Positions 19,537 to 29,298 of a DNA stretch of 64,000 nt are shown one piece after another (the stretch's first letter is position 1; the number at the start of each line of letters is the position of its first letter). Source of the stretch: an uncultured Christensenella sp. (GTDB taxonomy: Bacteria > Bacillota > Clostridia > Christensenellales > UBA3700); assembly GCA_950079155.1 (NCBI GenBank), contig CATMWH010000003.1, forward strand, positions 103,739-167,738, given 5' to 3'. A program made the position numbers and the translations under genes. Below the pieces are notes generated by a model. The model did not search any database, had not been told where the DNA came from, and saw nothing but the letters and a program-made list of their open reading frames with translations.

Positions 19537-20046
19537 ATGGCTAGAAAAGAGAGATTTAACAATCAAGAAGAAGAATTGCTCAACAAACTCATCTGCGTCA
19601 ACCGTGTAACCAAGGTTGTCAAGGGCGGTAGAACGATGAGATTTGCGGCTCTTATAGTAGTCGGCGACGGACAAGGTTCAATCGGTCTCGGTATGGGCAA
19701 AGCAGGCGAAGTTCCGGAGGCAATCCGTAAGGCAACTGCAGAAGCAAAGCGCAATATGATTAAGATTGCCAAGTTGGATACGTCGGTTCCTCACGAGGCA
19801 ATCGGCAATTTCGGAAGTTCCAAGGTTATTATAATGCCGGCTAGCGCAGGTACCGGTGTTATCGCAGGCGGTCCTGTTCGTGCCGTGCTTGAATGCGCAG
19901 GCATCAAAGACGTGAGAACAAAGTCTATGGGCAGCAACAACAAAATCAACTGTGTCAAGGCTACCTTTGACGGACTTGCAAAGATGAAGACGGCTGAGCA
20001 AATTGCCGCTTTGAGAGGCAAGAGCGTCGAAGATATTATAGGCTAA
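19537..20046 (+). CDS. rpsE: 30S ribosomal protein S5
   Basis: 169 aa. [36 protein letters not shown]. Confidence 0.97.
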   Translation: MARKERFNNQEEELLNKLICVNRVTKVVKGGRTMRFAALIVVGDGQGSIGLGMGKAGEVPEAIRKATAEAKRNMIKIAKLDTSVPHEAIGNFGSSKVIIMPASAGTGVIAGGPVRAVLECAGIKDVRTKSMGSNNKINCVKATFDGLAKMKTAEQIAALRGKSVEDIIG

Positions 20047-20059
20047 TAGGAGGCGACTT

Positions 20060-20239
20060 ATGGAAAAGATTAAAGTAACGCTCGTTAAGAGTACGATAGG
20101 TTGCTCGCAAAAGCAAAAAGATACAATCAAAGCTTTGGGTCTCAAGAAGATCGGAAGCAGCAATGTTATCACATCTAACGCTTGTTCCGAGGGTATGCTC
20201 AAGGTAGTTTCGCATCTCGTAATGATTGAGCAGGCGTAA
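20060..20239 (+). CDS. rpmD: 50S ribosomal protein L30 (59 aa; below the ORF-track cutoff)
   Basis: My translation is MEKIKVTLVKSTIGCSQKQKDTIKALGLKKIGSSNVITSNACSEGMLKVVSHLVMIEQA. SD AGGAGG lies 7 nt upstream. It sits in the expected rpsE-rpmD-rplO position. Confidence 0.9.
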   Translation: MEKIKVTLVKSTIGCSQKQKDTIKALGLKKIGSSNVITSNACSEGMLKVVSHLVMIEQA

Positions 20240-20251
20240 GGAGGATTGGAT

Positions 20252-20695
20252 ATGAAATTGAACAATATGGCTCCTGCAGATGGAGCAAAGACGCAGTCAA
20301 AAAGACTCGGCAGAGGTATTGGCTCGGGTCTCGGCAAGACTTCCGGTAAAGGTCACAAGGGTCAATGGGCTCGTAGCGGCGGCGGAGTAAGACCGGGATT
20401 TGAAGGCGGACAAATGCCTCTCGTAAGAAGAATTCCAAAGAGAGGATTTAACAACGTCTTCAAAAAAGAATATTCTATCGTCAATGTCAGCGCTCTCGAA
20501 GTGTTTGACAACGGTACGGTAGTTACGGCAGAACTTCTCCTTGAGAAGGGTGTTCTTAGTAAGGTTGAGCCTTATGGTTTGAAGGTTCTTGGCAATGGTA
20601 CATTGACTAAAAAGCTTGAGGTTAAAGCAAACAAATTTACTAAGTCAGCTGCAGAAATAATTGAAAAAGCAGGTGGCAAAGCAGAGGTGCTATAA
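20252..20695 (+). CDS. rplO: 50S ribosomal protein L15
   Basis: [38 protein letters not shown]. The ATG at 20252 follows SD AAGGAGGA; the track start at 20246 is a TTG inside the SD spacing. Confidence 0.95.
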   Translation: MKLNNMAPADGAKTQSKRLGRGIGSGLGKTSGKGHKGQWARSGGGVRPGFEGGQMPLVRRIPKRGFNNVFKKEYSIVNVSALEVFDNGTVVTAELLLEKGVLSKVEPYGLKVLGNGTLTKKLEVKANKFTKSAAEIIEKAGGKAEVL

Positions 20696-22023
20696 TGTGG
20701 CAAACTATCAAAAACGCATTTAGTGATAAAAGCATCAGAAATAAAATATTCGCGACGTTCGGATTGCTTCTCGCATTCCGAATCGGTTGTTGGATACCGC
20801 TTCCGGGCATATCTGCAGACTTTTACGCAGGTCAGTTCGGAGGTACGGCTGAAAGCAACACGATATTTCAACTTTTGAGTATGATGAGCGGCGGCTCAAT
20901 GCAATATCTCACGCTATTCGCGCTAGGTATCTTGCCGTTTATCAACAGTTTTATCATAATGCAGTTGCTCACACTTATCATTCCACCGCTTGAAAGACTT
21001 TCAAAACAAGGTGATGAGGGGCGTGAAAAAATCACAATAATCACCAGATACGTAGCAATAGCCTTGGCTGTTGTGCAGGCTATAGGTATCGTAGTCGCTT
21101 ATAAAGACAATATCGATCCTATGTTTGGCGAAAAGAACGGTTGGCTTACGGCTATAATGATTATCGCGTTGCTCGTTTCGGGCAGTACTGTAGTTATGTG
21201 GCTGGGCGAGAGAATTACCGAACTCGGTATCGGCAACGGTACGTCGCTTATAATCTTCAGCGGTATATTGTCATCGTTTGGTTTGGCGCTCGTTAATACG
21301 ATTCCGCAAATTAAAGCCGATCCTACAAAACTATGGAATTTGTTTGGATATTTATTGGTAGTGTTGTTCTTGTTTGTGTTTATAGTATTCGTGGACGGCG
21401 GAGAGAGAAGAATCAAAGTCAACTACGCAAAGCAAGTCAAGGGCAATAAGATGTACGGCGGACAGTCGACGTTTATACCGATCAAAGTCAACAGTTCGGG
21501 CGTTATGCCTATCATATTCGCTTCGTCTTTTATGACGATACCTATGATGATATTCCAATTTACGGGACAGGAGAACCAAGCGTTTGTCAACTATATGACT
21601 TTCTGCTATCCCGGTAGTATGAACTCGCAATGGCAATGGGTAGGTTGGGTATTCTACTATTTGGTAATGCTTGTTCTGATTATATTCTTCGCATATTTCT
21701 ATGCGCAGATACAGTTCAACCCGCAGGACGTAGCAAGAAACTTGCAACAGTACGGCGGCTCAATACAAGGTATCCGTAGCGGTAAACCCACAAGCGATTA
21801 CCTTCAGAAAATCAACAATAGAATAGTTTTGTTCGGCGCGCTGTTCCTTGGCTTCATTGCCATAGTGCCTGCGGTCCTCTTCCAACTTATAGGGGCTGGA
21901 TTGGGAGTAAACAACGCAATATCATCTACTGGTATGCTTATCGCAGTAAGCGTCGCGCTTGAATTTAACAAACAACTTGAGGGACAATTGATGATGAAGC
22001 ATTACAAGGGCTTCCTCAAGTAA
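20695..22023 (+). CDS. secY: Preprotein translocase subunit SecY
   Basis: 442 aa, about 10 TM segments. FALGILPFINSFIIMQLL, GEGREKI, WLGERITELGIGNGTSLIIF. Confidence 0.96.
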   Translation: MWQTIKNAFSDKSIRNKIFATFGLLLAFRIGCWIPLPGISADFYAGQFGGTAESNTIFQLLSMMSGGSMQYLTLFALGILPFINSFIIMQLLTLIIPPLERLSKQGDEGREKITIITRYVAIALAVVQAIGIVVAYKDNIDPMFGEKNGWLTAIMIIALLVSGSTVVMWLGERITELGIGNGTSLIIFSGILSSFGLALVNTIPQIKADPTKLWNLFGYLLVVLFLFVFIVFVDGGERRIKVNYAKQVKGNKMYGGQSTFIPIKVNSSGVMPIIFASSFMTIPMMIFQFTGQENQAFVNYMTFCYPGSMNSQWQWVGWVFYYLVMLVLIIFFAYFYAQIQFNPQDVARNLQQYGGSIQGIRSGKPTSDYLQKINNRIVLFGALFLGFIAIVPAVLFQLIGAGLGVNNAISSTGMLIAVSVALEFNKQLEGQLMMKHYKGFLK

Positions 22024-22033
22024 AAGAGGGTTT

Positions 22034-22657
22034 ATGTACTTGGTATTTTTAGGAGCGCCGGGCGCCGGTAAAGGCACCCAAGCGACGAAAGTATGTGAGA
22101 AGTATAATATACCTCATATCTCCACAGGAGACATATTGAGGGCGAATATCAAGGCGGGCACAGCCTTGGGGGTAGAAGCCAAAGGCTATATCGACAAAGG
22201 CTTGCTCGTGCCCGACGAAGTCGTTATAGGACTTGTCAAACAAAGACTAACCGAATCGGATTGTCATAAGGGATTTTTGCTTGACGGCTTTCCGAGGACT
22301 ATTGAACAGGCAAAAGCTTTGAATGATTTTGCAAAGATAACTTGCGCAGTCAACTTGATCGTCGACGAAAAACTCGTAGTCGATAGAATTGCAGGTCGCA
22401 GAATGTGCAAATGCGGAGAGAGTTACCATATATCGTGGTATGACAAGGACGTATGCGCAAAATGCGGCGAAAAGTTATATCAGAGAGACGACGACAAGGA
22501 AGACACCGTAAAGGCAAGACTTGAAGTCTACAATGCTCAAACAGCGCCGCTCATAGAGTACTATAGCAATATGGGAATACTCAAAGACGTGGACGGAACG
22601 CAGGAGATGAACAAAGTCTTCGACGACATAGTGAGGATACTCGATGATAACCATTAA
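22034..22657 (+). CDS. adk: Adenylate kinase (Cys4 zinc lid)
   Basis: 207 aa. P-loop GAPGAGKGTQ, LLDGFPRT, lid RRMCKCGESYH...CAKCGEKLYQRDDD. Confidence 0.96.
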   Translation: MYLVFLGAPGAGKGTQATKVCEKYNIPHISTGDILRANIKAGTALGVEAKGYIDKGLLVPDEVVIGLVKQRLTESDCHKGFLLDGFPRTIEQAKALNDFAKITCAVNLIVDEKLVVDRIAGRRMCKCGESYHISWYDKDVCAKCGEKLYQRDDDKEDTVKARLEVYNAQTAPLIEYYSNMGILKDVDGTQEMNKVFDDIVRILDDNH

Positions 22658-23390
22658 GTCGGACTATGAAATACAGTTGATGCGTAAGGCTAATCAAATC
22701 GTCAGAGATACTCTTGATCTTCTCCAAGAGAAAATCAAAGAGGGAATGACGACGGCTTGGCTCAATAAGATTGCTCACGATTACATAGTCAAATGCGACG
22801 CGACGCCTTCGTTTTTGGGATACAACGGTTTTCCAGCGTCTATATGTACTTCTATAAACGAACAAGTCGTACACGGTATTCCTTCAGACATAGTGGTGAT
22901 CAAAGAGGGAGACATAGTCAGCGTAGATTGCGGAAGTATCTATAAAGGTTATAACGGCGACGCGGCACGAACCTTTATGATAGGTAAAGTCAGCGAGGAA
23001 AAGGCAAAACTCGTAGAGGTCACAAAGCAGAGTTTCTTTGAAGGCGTCGAAATACTCAAAGAGGGCGTCAGACTGGGAGACTTGGGACACGCTATACAGT
23101 CCTATGCCGAATCTCGAGGCTACGGAGTAGTTAGGGCTTTGGTAGGACACGGAATAGGCAAGGATATGCACGAAGATCCCGAAGTGCCTAATTACGGCAG
23201 ACAAGGACACGGAATGCGATTGCGTAAGAATATGACGATTGCCATTGAGCCTATGATAAATATGGGCACTCACGAAGTGTATATGCTAAATGACGGTTGG
23301 ACGGTAGTTACGGCAGACGGATTGCCTTCGGCGCACTACGAAAACACCGTATGGATTAAAGAAGACGGCGTAGAGATATTGTCGCTGTGA
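22644..23390 (+). CDS. map: Type I methionine aminopeptidase
   Basis: 248 aa. VHGIP, VSVDCG..YNGDAARTF, GHGIG, EPMIN, HYENTV. Overlaps the adk 3' end by 14 nt. Confidence 0.95.
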   Translation: MITIKSDYEIQLMRKANQIVRDTLDLLQEKIKEGMTTAWLNKIAHDYIVKCDATPSFLGYNGFPASICTSINEQVVHGIPSDIVVIKEGDIVSVDCGSIYKGYNGDAARTFMIGKVSEEKAKLVEVTKQSFFEGVEILKEGVRLGDLGHAIQSYAESRGYGVVRALVGHGIGKDMHEDPEVPNYGRQGHGMRLRKNMTIAIEPMINMGTHEVYMLNDGWTVVTADGLPSAHYENTVWIKEDGVEILSL

Positions 23391-23397
23391 GGTAAGG

Positions 23398-23646
23398 ATG
23401 GCTTTTAAAGTTGGAGATATAGTACAGTCAAAGAGCGGACACGATGCAAAAAAATATTTTGTAGTTATAGCAACGCTAAATGAGAGTTATATATTGATTG
23501 CCGACGGTAAGTCTAGAAGGCTTGAAAGTCCAAAACAAAAGAATGTCAAACACGTCAAACTCATAGAAGAGGCAAGCAATATAAATGCGTACGTCGACGA
23601 TAAGAGCATCGCGGATAGATTAGGTAAACTTGATACTGTTGAATAG
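23398..23646 (+). CDS. KOW-domain small RNA-binding protein (conserved map-infA spacer gene of Clostridia)
   Basis: 82 aa. FKVGDIVQSKSGHDAKKYFVVI is KOW-like. Confidence 0.6.
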   Translation: MAFKVGDIVQSKSGHDAKKYFVVIATLNESYILIADGKSRRLESPKQKNVKHVKLIEEASNINAYVDDKSIADRLGKLDTVE

Positions 23647-23655
23647 GAGGTATAT

Positions 23656-23877
23656 ATGTCCAAAGAAGACGTAATCGAAGCAGAGGGAAAAGTAATAGAA
23701 GTATTGCCCGGTACCAATTTTAAAGTAGAGTTGTCAAACGGACACGTTATCGTAGCGTATTTGTCGGGAAAATTGAGAAAGAATTACATCAAAATTCTCG
23801 AAGGAGACGCAGTCAAAGTAGAATTAAGTCCATACGATCTCACTAAGGGTAGAATAGTATGGCGTAATAAGAATTAA
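23656..23877 (+). CDS. infA: Translation initiation factor IF-1
   Basis: 73 aa. [70 protein letters not shown]. Confidence 0.98.
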   Translation: MSKEDVIEAEGKVIEVLPGTNFKVELSNGHVIVAYLSGKLRKNYIKILEGDAVKVELSPYDLTKGRIVWRNKN

Positions 23878-23901
23878 GGTAGATTAACGGAGGATATAAC
23901 A

Positions 23902-24018
23902 ATGAAGGTCAGACCATCAGTAAAGCCGATGTGCGACAAATGCAAGGTAATAAAGAGAAACGGAGCAGTTATGATCATCTGCTCAAAATACAAAAAGCAT
24001 AAGCAAAAGCAAGGCTAA
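23902..24018 (+). CDS. rpmJ: 50S ribosomal protein L36 (38 aa; below the ORF-track cutoff)
   Basis: My translation is [46 protein letters not shown] upstream. Confidence 0.92.
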   Translation: MKVRPSVKPMCDKCKVIKRNGAVMIICSKYKKHKQKQG

Positions 24019-24067
24019 TATTTTCTCTTGATTATAAAATTGAGCGGAATTTGCTCACAGCAGGCTA

Positions 24068-24103
24068 AAAAGGATTATGGAGTTATCCATAATTCCTTTA
24101 TTG
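24068..24103 (+). terminator. Rho-independent terminator after rpmJ
   Basis: Stem AAAGGATTATGGA / TCCATAATTCCTTT with a short loop, followed by TTATT. Confidence 0.6.
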
Positions 24104-24134
24104 CGTAAAAAATAAAAAAAGTGTATTATAATGC

Positions 24135-24163
24135 TTGCAAGATTTATTAAATCGTGTTATAAT
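24135..24163 (+). promoter_or_regulatory. Promoter of the rpsM-rpsK-rpsD-rpoA-rplQ unit, TTGCAA-17-TATAAT with an upstream TG
   Basis: TTGCAA at 24135-24140 and TGtTATAAT ending at 24163. Leader of about 128 nt before rpsM. Confidence 0.65.
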
Positions 24164-24297
24164 ACCTAGGCTAAAAGACATTAATCGTTGGGGAGCGGCT
24201 AATAGGTTGTTTCATTCCAAACACAACAGACAATCTAACTTCTCGTAGCGTTTAATAATATAATAAAAACATTTATTAAATTATTGGAGGTATTTTA

Positions 24298-24669
24298 ATG
24301 GCTCGTATTAGTGGCGTTGATTTGCCAAATGAGAAAAGAGTTGAGATAGGTCTTACTTATATCTACGGTATAGGAAGAGTTACGTCCAACAAGATTCTCG
24401 CTGATACAGGTATAAATCCTGATACAAGAGTTAGGGATTTGACTGATGAAGAAGTAAACAAGATTCGTGAATACATCGACCGCAATAATATTATGGTTGA
24501 AGGCGATTTGAAGCGCGAAATCAAGATGAACATCAAAAGACTGCAAGAAATCGGTTGCTATCGCGGTGTAAGACACCGTAAGGGATTGCCGGTACGCGGT
24601 CAGAGTACGAAGCAAAACGCTCGTACAAGAAAAGGTCCGAAGAAGACCGTTAGCCGTAAGAAGAAATAA
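24298..24669 (+). CDS. rpsM: 30S ribosomal protein S13
   Basis: 123 aa. [26 protein letters not shown]..., [18 protein letters not shown]. Confidence 0.98.
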   Translation: MARISGVDLPNEKRVEIGLTYIYGIGRVTSNKILADTGINPDTRVRDLTDEEVNKIREYIDRNNIMVEGDLKREIKMNIKRLQEIGCYRGVRHRKGLPVRGQSTKQNARTRKGPKKTVSRKKK

Positions 24670-24682
24670 GGAGGATTGAATA

Positions 24683-25078
24683 ATGGCAGTTGCTAAAAAA
24701 GTAGTAAAAAAACGTACTGTAAATAAACGCCGTGGCGAAAACGGCTGCGCTCATATTCACGCCTCTTTCAACAACACCATCGTGACGATTACCGATACGC
24801 AAGGCAACGCAATAAGTTGGTCTAGTTCCGGTAAACTTCAACTTCGCGGTAGTAAGAAATCTACTCCGTTTGCCGCTCAGATGGTAAGCGAAGATGCCGG
24901 TAAAGTAGCATACGACGCAGGCGTAAGAAACGTAGAAGTATATGTCAAGGGACCGGGTAGCGGCAGAGAGTCTGCTATCAGAGCCTTGCAGAACGTAGGA
25001 TTGAATGTTACGCTCATCAAAGACGTATCTCCAATTCCTCACAATGGCTGTCGCCCACCAAAGCGCAGAAGACTGTAA
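24683..25078 (+). CDS. rpsK: 30S ribosomal protein S11
   Basis: 131 aa. [58 protein letters not shown]. Confidence 0.98.
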   Translation: MAVAKKVVKKRTVNKRRGENGCAHIHASFNNTIVTITDTQGNAISWSSSGKLQLRGSKKSTPFAAQMVSEDAGKVAYDAGVRNVEVYVKGPGSGRESAIRALQNVGLNVTLIKDVSPIPHNGCRPPKRRRL

Positions 25079-25096
25079 TAGGAGGTTTGCAATAAT

Positions 25097-25720
25097 ATGG
25101 CTAGATATACAGGTCCAGATTGTCGTCAATGCAGACGCGAAGGCGAAAAATTATTTTTGAAAGGCGAAAAGTGTTATTCGGAAAAGTGCCCTTTTGCAAA
25201 GAACAGCACTCCTCCGGGACAACACGGCGCTGATCGTAAGAAGAATAGCGAATATGCTACTCAGTTGAGAGAAAAACAAAAGACCAAGAGAATTTACGGA
25301 CTTTGCGAAAAGCAATTCAGAGGTTATTATGACAAAGCCGAAAAGATGAGAGGTATCACCGGTGAAAATATGCTTATCCTTTTGGAAAGACGTCTTGACA
25401 ACACCGTATACCGTCTTGGCTTGGCGTCTTCCCGTTCAATGGCAAGACAAATCGTCAACCACGGTTTGATTACCGTCAACGGTAAGTGCGTAAATATTCC
25501 TTCATTCCTCGTGAAGAAGGGCGACGTAATAGGCGTCAAAGAAAATAAAGCCGACAAAAAGGTATTCAGTGGTATCAAGGAGGCTAAGACACTCAATCTT
25601 CCTAAGTGGTTGACTTTTGATAACGCTACTATGACAGGCAACGTAATAGCTTTGCCGGAGAGAGCGGATGTCGAGCAAAAGATTGAAGAGCATATGATTG
25701 TCGAGTTGTATTCTAAATAA
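25097..25720 (+). CDS. rpsD: 30S ribosomal protein S4 (zinc-finger form)
   Basis: 207 aa. [33 protein letters not shown]4 domain [15 protein letters not shown]. Confidence 0.97.
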   Translation: MARYTGPDCRQCRREGEKLFLKGEKCYSEKCPFAKNSTPPGQHGADRKKNSEYATQLREKQKTKRIYGLCEKQFRGYYDKAEKMRGITGENMLILLERRLDNTVYRLGLASSRSMARQIVNHGLITVNGKCVNIPSFLVKKGDVIGVKENKADKKVFSGIKEAKTLNLPKWLTFDNATMTGNVIALPERADVEQKIEEHMIVELYSK

Positions 25721-25770
25721 TAATACGCTGTGACAGTCTCGGTCATTGAACATTGAATAGGAGGCTAACA

Positions 25771-26724
25771 ATGATAGAAATTCAAAAACCAAATATCAAT
25801 AAAGAAGATATGGAGCCTGGTAGAAAAACCAAATATTCCGTTGAGCCGTTGGAACGCGGATTTGGTACTACTCTCGGCAACAGCCTTAGAAGAATACTCT
25901 TAGGCGCTTTGCCGGGTGCCGCTCCGGTCGGTATAAGAATAAACGGAGTTCAACACGAGTTTACCGCTATCCCAGGCATTAAGGAAGACGTCACCGACAT
26001 AATCCTCAATATCAAGGGACTTGCAGTAAAGGCTCATACCGAAGACAAGAACTTCAAACAACTTTGTACTATCAACAAATATACGCCCGGCGTAGTTACC
26101 GCTGCGGATATATCTCACAGCGACGACATAGAAATCCTCAATCCCGAACTTGAGATTTGTACGCTTGAGGACGGCGCAAGTATTGAGATGGAAATCTATA
26201 TCGGCGTAGGCAGAGGCTATGTTGGCGCAAGCGAAAATAAGGACGAGGAGCAAGGCATAGGCTACATACCTGTGGACGCTATCTTTACGCCTGTTATCGC
26301 TGCAAGTTATCAGGTAGAAAGCACCAGAAAAGGTCAAGACATCAATTTTGACAAACTCACCATTGATGTTACTACCAACGGTACATCAACGCCAAATGAA
26401 GTCATCAGTTTGGCTGCCAAGATTATGAACGATCACCTTGGTATTTTTGTTAAACTTGTTGACAATATGGCAGAAAAAGAGATACTTATCTCTCAAGACA
26501 ACGAGTCGCAGGCAAAGATTTATGAAATGGCAATCGAAGATTTGGATTTGTCAGTAAGATCTTACAACTGCTTGAGAAGAGCGGGTATCAACACTGTCAA
26601 GGATTTGACGGAAAAGACTGAAGACGATATGCTTAAAGTGAGAAATCTCGGTAAGAAGTCGCTCGAAGAAGTTATGAAGAAAATTGACGACCTTGGTCTT
26701 AAACTCAAGGACAAGGATGAATAA
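25771..26724 (+). CDS. rpoA: DNA-directed RNA polymerase alpha subunit
   Basis: MIEIQKPNI..., GFGTTLGNSLRRILL. CTD IEDLDLSVRSYNCLRRAGINTVKDLTEKTEDDMLKVRNLGKKSLEEV. The ATG at 25771 follows AGGAGG; the track start at 25753 was rejected. Confidence 0.96.
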   Translation: MIEIQKPNINKEDMEPGRKTKYSVEPLERGFGTTLGNSLRRILLGALPGAAPVGIRINGVQHEFTAIPGIKEDVTDIILNIKGLAVKAHTEDKNFKQLCTINKYTPGVVTAADISHSDDIEILNPELEICTLEDGASIEMEIYIGVGRGYVGASENKDEEQGIGYIPVDAIFTPVIAASYQVESTRKGQDINFDKLTIDVTTNGTSTPNEVISLAAKIMNDHLGIFVKLVDNMAEKEILISQDNESQAKIYEMAIEDLDLSVRSYNCLRRAGINTVKDLTEKTEDDMLKVRNLGKKSLEEVMKKIDDLGLKLKDKDE

Positions 26725-26740
26725 TAGGAGGTAAAGGACA

Positions 26741-27265
26741 ATGGCAAGAAAGTTGGGCAGAACAGCCGAAGAAAGAATGGCCATAATTAGAAATCAAGCC
26801 TCAGAACTATTGTGGTACGGATCTATCGAGACCACGGTTGATAGAGCAAAAGAGGTAAGAAGTTATGCCGAGAGTATGTTGACTCTCGCTATAAATACTT
26901 ATGAAGATACCGTTAAGGTGCAAAAGACGGTCACAAACGACAAGAAAGAGAAAGTTGTTATGGAGTTTGTCAATGACGGTCCAAGAAAGTTGGCTGCAAG
27001 AAGAAAACTTATGGCGAGTCTTAGAGATATTCAAGAAATCAAGGGCGAGGGAGAAAGTAAGTCTGCATTCAAAGAGAGAACTAAAGACGTTAAGCATCCG
27101 CTTGTTGAAAAGATTTTTAGAGAGCACGCAGTATTTTATGCCGACAGAGCTAATAAACTCGGTCAAAGAGGCGGTTATACTCGCATAATCAGACTTGGTC
27201 AAAGACGCGGCGACGGCGCAGAAATGGCAAAGTTGGAACTTGTAAAAAACACCGAAAAGAAATAG
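26741..27265 (+). CDS. rplQ: 50S ribosomal protein L17 (long form with an internal insertion)
   Basis: 174 aa. KLGRTAEERMAIIRNQASELLWYGSIETTVDRAKEVR...GGYTRIIRLGQRRGDGAEMAKLELV. About 55 aa inserted relative to ~115-aa L17 proteins. Confidence 0.9.
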   Translation: MARKLGRTAEERMAIIRNQASELLWYGSIETTVDRAKEVRSYAESMLTLAINTYEDTVKVQKTVTNDKKEKVVMEFVNDGPRKLAARRKLMASLRDIQEIKGEGESKSAFKERTKDVKHPLVEKIFREHAVFYADRANKLGQRGGYTRIIRLGQRRGDGAEMAKLELVKNTEKK

Positions 27266-27289
27266 TAATCGATAATATACGTCGATATT

Positions 27290-27322
27290 AAAGCGTTCCG
27301 CTAGGAGCGCTTTATTTTTTTT
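27290..27322 (+). terminator. Rho-independent terminator after rplQ
   Basis: GCGTTCC GCTA GGAGCGC stem-loop followed by TTTATTTTTTTT. Confidence 0.7.
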
Positions 27323-27360
27323 CGGCATATTATTTATTATGCAAATATTTCGCTTTGCTA

Positions 27361-27389
27361 TTGGCAATTATAAAAACCTATGCTATAAT
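27361..27389 (+). promoter_or_regulatory. Promoter TTGGCA-17-TGcTATAAT placed 6 nt before the ATG (candidate leaderless transcript)
   Basis: TTGGCA at 27361-27366, TATAAT at 27384-27389, ATG at 27396. No SD. Confidence 0.55.
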
Positions 27390-27395
27390 AAATAT

Positions 27396-28472
27396 ATGAA
27401 AAAGAATAATAAGTTTTTGGAGTTTTTAATAGTACTCATTTACGGAGTTTTTGCAATAACTGTCGTAATACCTATGATAGTGACTGCAACAATATTCAAG
27501 TTTGTGTTTGGAAGACGCGTCAACAAGACAATACATCATTTGACGCCTGAAGATTATCCAAATCTCAAGACATATCCTGTCAAATTTAAAAGCGGCAGGA
27601 ACAATCTTGCGGCATACTTTGTCGTTGACAAAGATATCACCGAATACAAAGCGGTGTTGATTGTGGCGCACGGCATAGGGTGTTCAAGAGCAGGTTATCT
27701 CAATAGATATGATTATTTTGCAAGAAAAGGATATTTGGTATTTGGGTTTGATTGCACCGGTACTTTTGAAAGTGAGGGCAAGGGTTTGAAAGGACTCACT
27801 CAATCACAAGTGGATTTGGACAATGCTATCAAGTATCTTGACGGTATACAAGAACTTAAGCAATACAAACTGTTGGCTTACGGACACAGTTGGGGGGGCT
27901 ATGGGCTTGCTAGCGAACTGAACAACAAGACTGCCGAGAAACTTGCAGGCGCGGCTACATTGTCGGGTTTTAACGATATTTGGGGCATCTGTAAATATCA
28001 GATGAGTAGATACGCAGGCAAAGCCGTTGTATTGGTCAAGCCTTGGACTTATCTGCATTATTTTCTCTTGTATGGAAGAAAAGCAATGTATAAGGGCATA
28101 GACGGCGTCAATAATTATAAAGGTCCGGTGCTTGTTATGCACAGCACGGACGATAAGACCGTGCCGTATGATAGTTCGGTGGCTATCCATTATGAGAAGA
28201 ATAAAAATCCGCAGGCAAAGTTTGTTATTTTGGACGACAGAGGTCATACGCTTTCGCGCCCTCCTGAAGTTGAGAAAGAGATCAAGAGATTACATAAGGG
28301 CAAGAAAACTCAACTTTCGCTTGGCAAGAGCAATATCTTTGAATACAACGTCAACGTAGGATACGAGTACTGCGAGAGAATGACAGTATTTGCTATTGAC
28401 GAAGAGTTTATGGATCAGATTGACGCGTTTTTTATGTATGTGCTTACAAGCGCCGAGGTTAAGTCAGTTTGA
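27396..28472 (+). CDS. Membrane-anchored alpha/beta hydrolase
   Basis: N-terminal TM (FLEFLIVLIYGVFAITVVIPMIVTATIF), nucleophile elbow GHSWGG, candidate Asp (HSTDDKTVP) and His (DRGHTL). The ATG at 27396 is preferred over the track start at 27339, which lies across the promoter. Confidence 0.7.
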   Translation: MKKNNKFLEFLIVLIYGVFAITVVIPMIVTATIFKFVFGRRVNKTIHHLTPEDYPNLKTYPVKFKSGRNNLAAYFVVDKDITEYKAVLIVAHGIGCSRAGYLNRYDYFARKGYLVFGFDCTGTFESEGKGLKGLTQSQVDLDNAIKYLDGIQELKQYKLLAYGHSWGGYGLASELNNKTAEKLAGAATLSGFNDIWGICKYQMSRYAGKAVVLVKPWTYLHYFLLYGRKAMYKGIDGVNNYKGPVLVMHSTDDKTVPYDSSVAIHYEKNKNPQAKFVILDDRGHTLSRPPEVEKEIKRLHKGKKTQLSLGKSNIFEYNVNVGYEYCERMTVFAIDEEFMDQIDAFFMYVLTSAEVKSV

Positions 28473-28909
28473 TTTACGCGTACCTTATTAAATATACTCA
28501 TTTGCAGCAAGCCAAAGAGCAGGCGCTGCGTCAATATTCTCAAGTTAGGGGCAATGTCTTTTCAATAGAGCACTTGCCTAACGGCGCTCCGCAGTTGATA
28601 TCTTGCGGGAAGCCTAACGGATATGTTTCTGTAAGTCATACGGACGGCGTGCTTGCAATGGCATTTTCGGACGACAATGTAGGAATAGATATTGAGCGAG
28701 CAGATAGAAAAGTGTCTCCAAAGATATGTAAAAACATAGAGCAATGGACTGCAATAGAGGCGTATGCAAAATGGACGCGAGAAAGTCTGTCAAAAAATAT
28801 TATTTTTCAACGAATTCCAGAGGATATGATAGTTACTAGGTTGTTTGGCGAATACGTAATAAGCATTTGCTCCAAGCGCAAGGATATTGCGATAACGCAA
28901 CTGGACTGA
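28469..28909 (+). CDS. Compact Sfp-like 4'-phosphopantetheinyl transferase
   Basis: 146 aa. GKPNGYVSVSHTDGVLAMAFS, GIDIERAD, WTAIEAYAKW. The TTG start overlaps the hydrolase TGA (TTGA). Confidence 0.65.
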   Translation: MIYAYLIKYTHLQQAKEQALRQYSQVRGNVFSIEHLPNGAPQLISCGKPNGYVSVSHTDGVLAMAFSDDNVGIDIERADRKVSPKICKNIEQWTAIEAYAKWTRESLSKNIIFQRIPEDMIVTRLFGEYVISICSKRKDIAITQLD

Positions 28910-28996
28910 TTGAACCTGGATTTTTTGTGGTTGACAGAGTATATTTATAATGGTATAATTATATACAGTCAAAAACTATGGCAATCGGAGGACAAT

Positions 28997-29224
28997 ATGG
29001 TACTTGATAAGTTGAGTAAAATTATAGCCGATCAACTCGGTATGGAGCAAAGCAAAATTACGCAGACTACTTCGCTCAAGGAGGACTTGCTTGCAGATTC
29101 TCTTGACATAGTGGAGATCATTATGTCTATCGAAGAAGAATTCGGTATTCAAGTAGACGACGACGCTGCTCTTGCATTTAAGTCGGTCGGAGACGTTGTT
29201 GAATATATAGAAAAAATGATGTAA
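28997..29224 (+). CDS. acpP: Acyl carrier protein
   Basis: 75 aa. KEDLLADSLDIVEIIMSIEEEFGIQV, with the DSL phosphopantetheine serine. SD GGAGGA. The track ORF starts too early, at 28910. Confidence 0.85.
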   Translation: MVLDKLSKIIADQLGMEQSKITQTTSLKEDLLADSLDIVEIIMSIEEEFGIQVDDDAALAFKSVGDVVEYIEKMM

Positions 29225-29298
29225 GTATTTGAATTGCATTAAAAAAGACGAGAGTTTTGCAACTCCGTTTTTTTATTGCGTGCAACAGTTAAAAAATT

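Noticed and set aside
22409-22480. The Adk lid has C-K-C (CxC) where most zinc lids have CxxC.
   Set aside because: Four Cys are still present with normal overall spacing. This is probably a minor lineage variant that I cannot evaluate further without an alignment.
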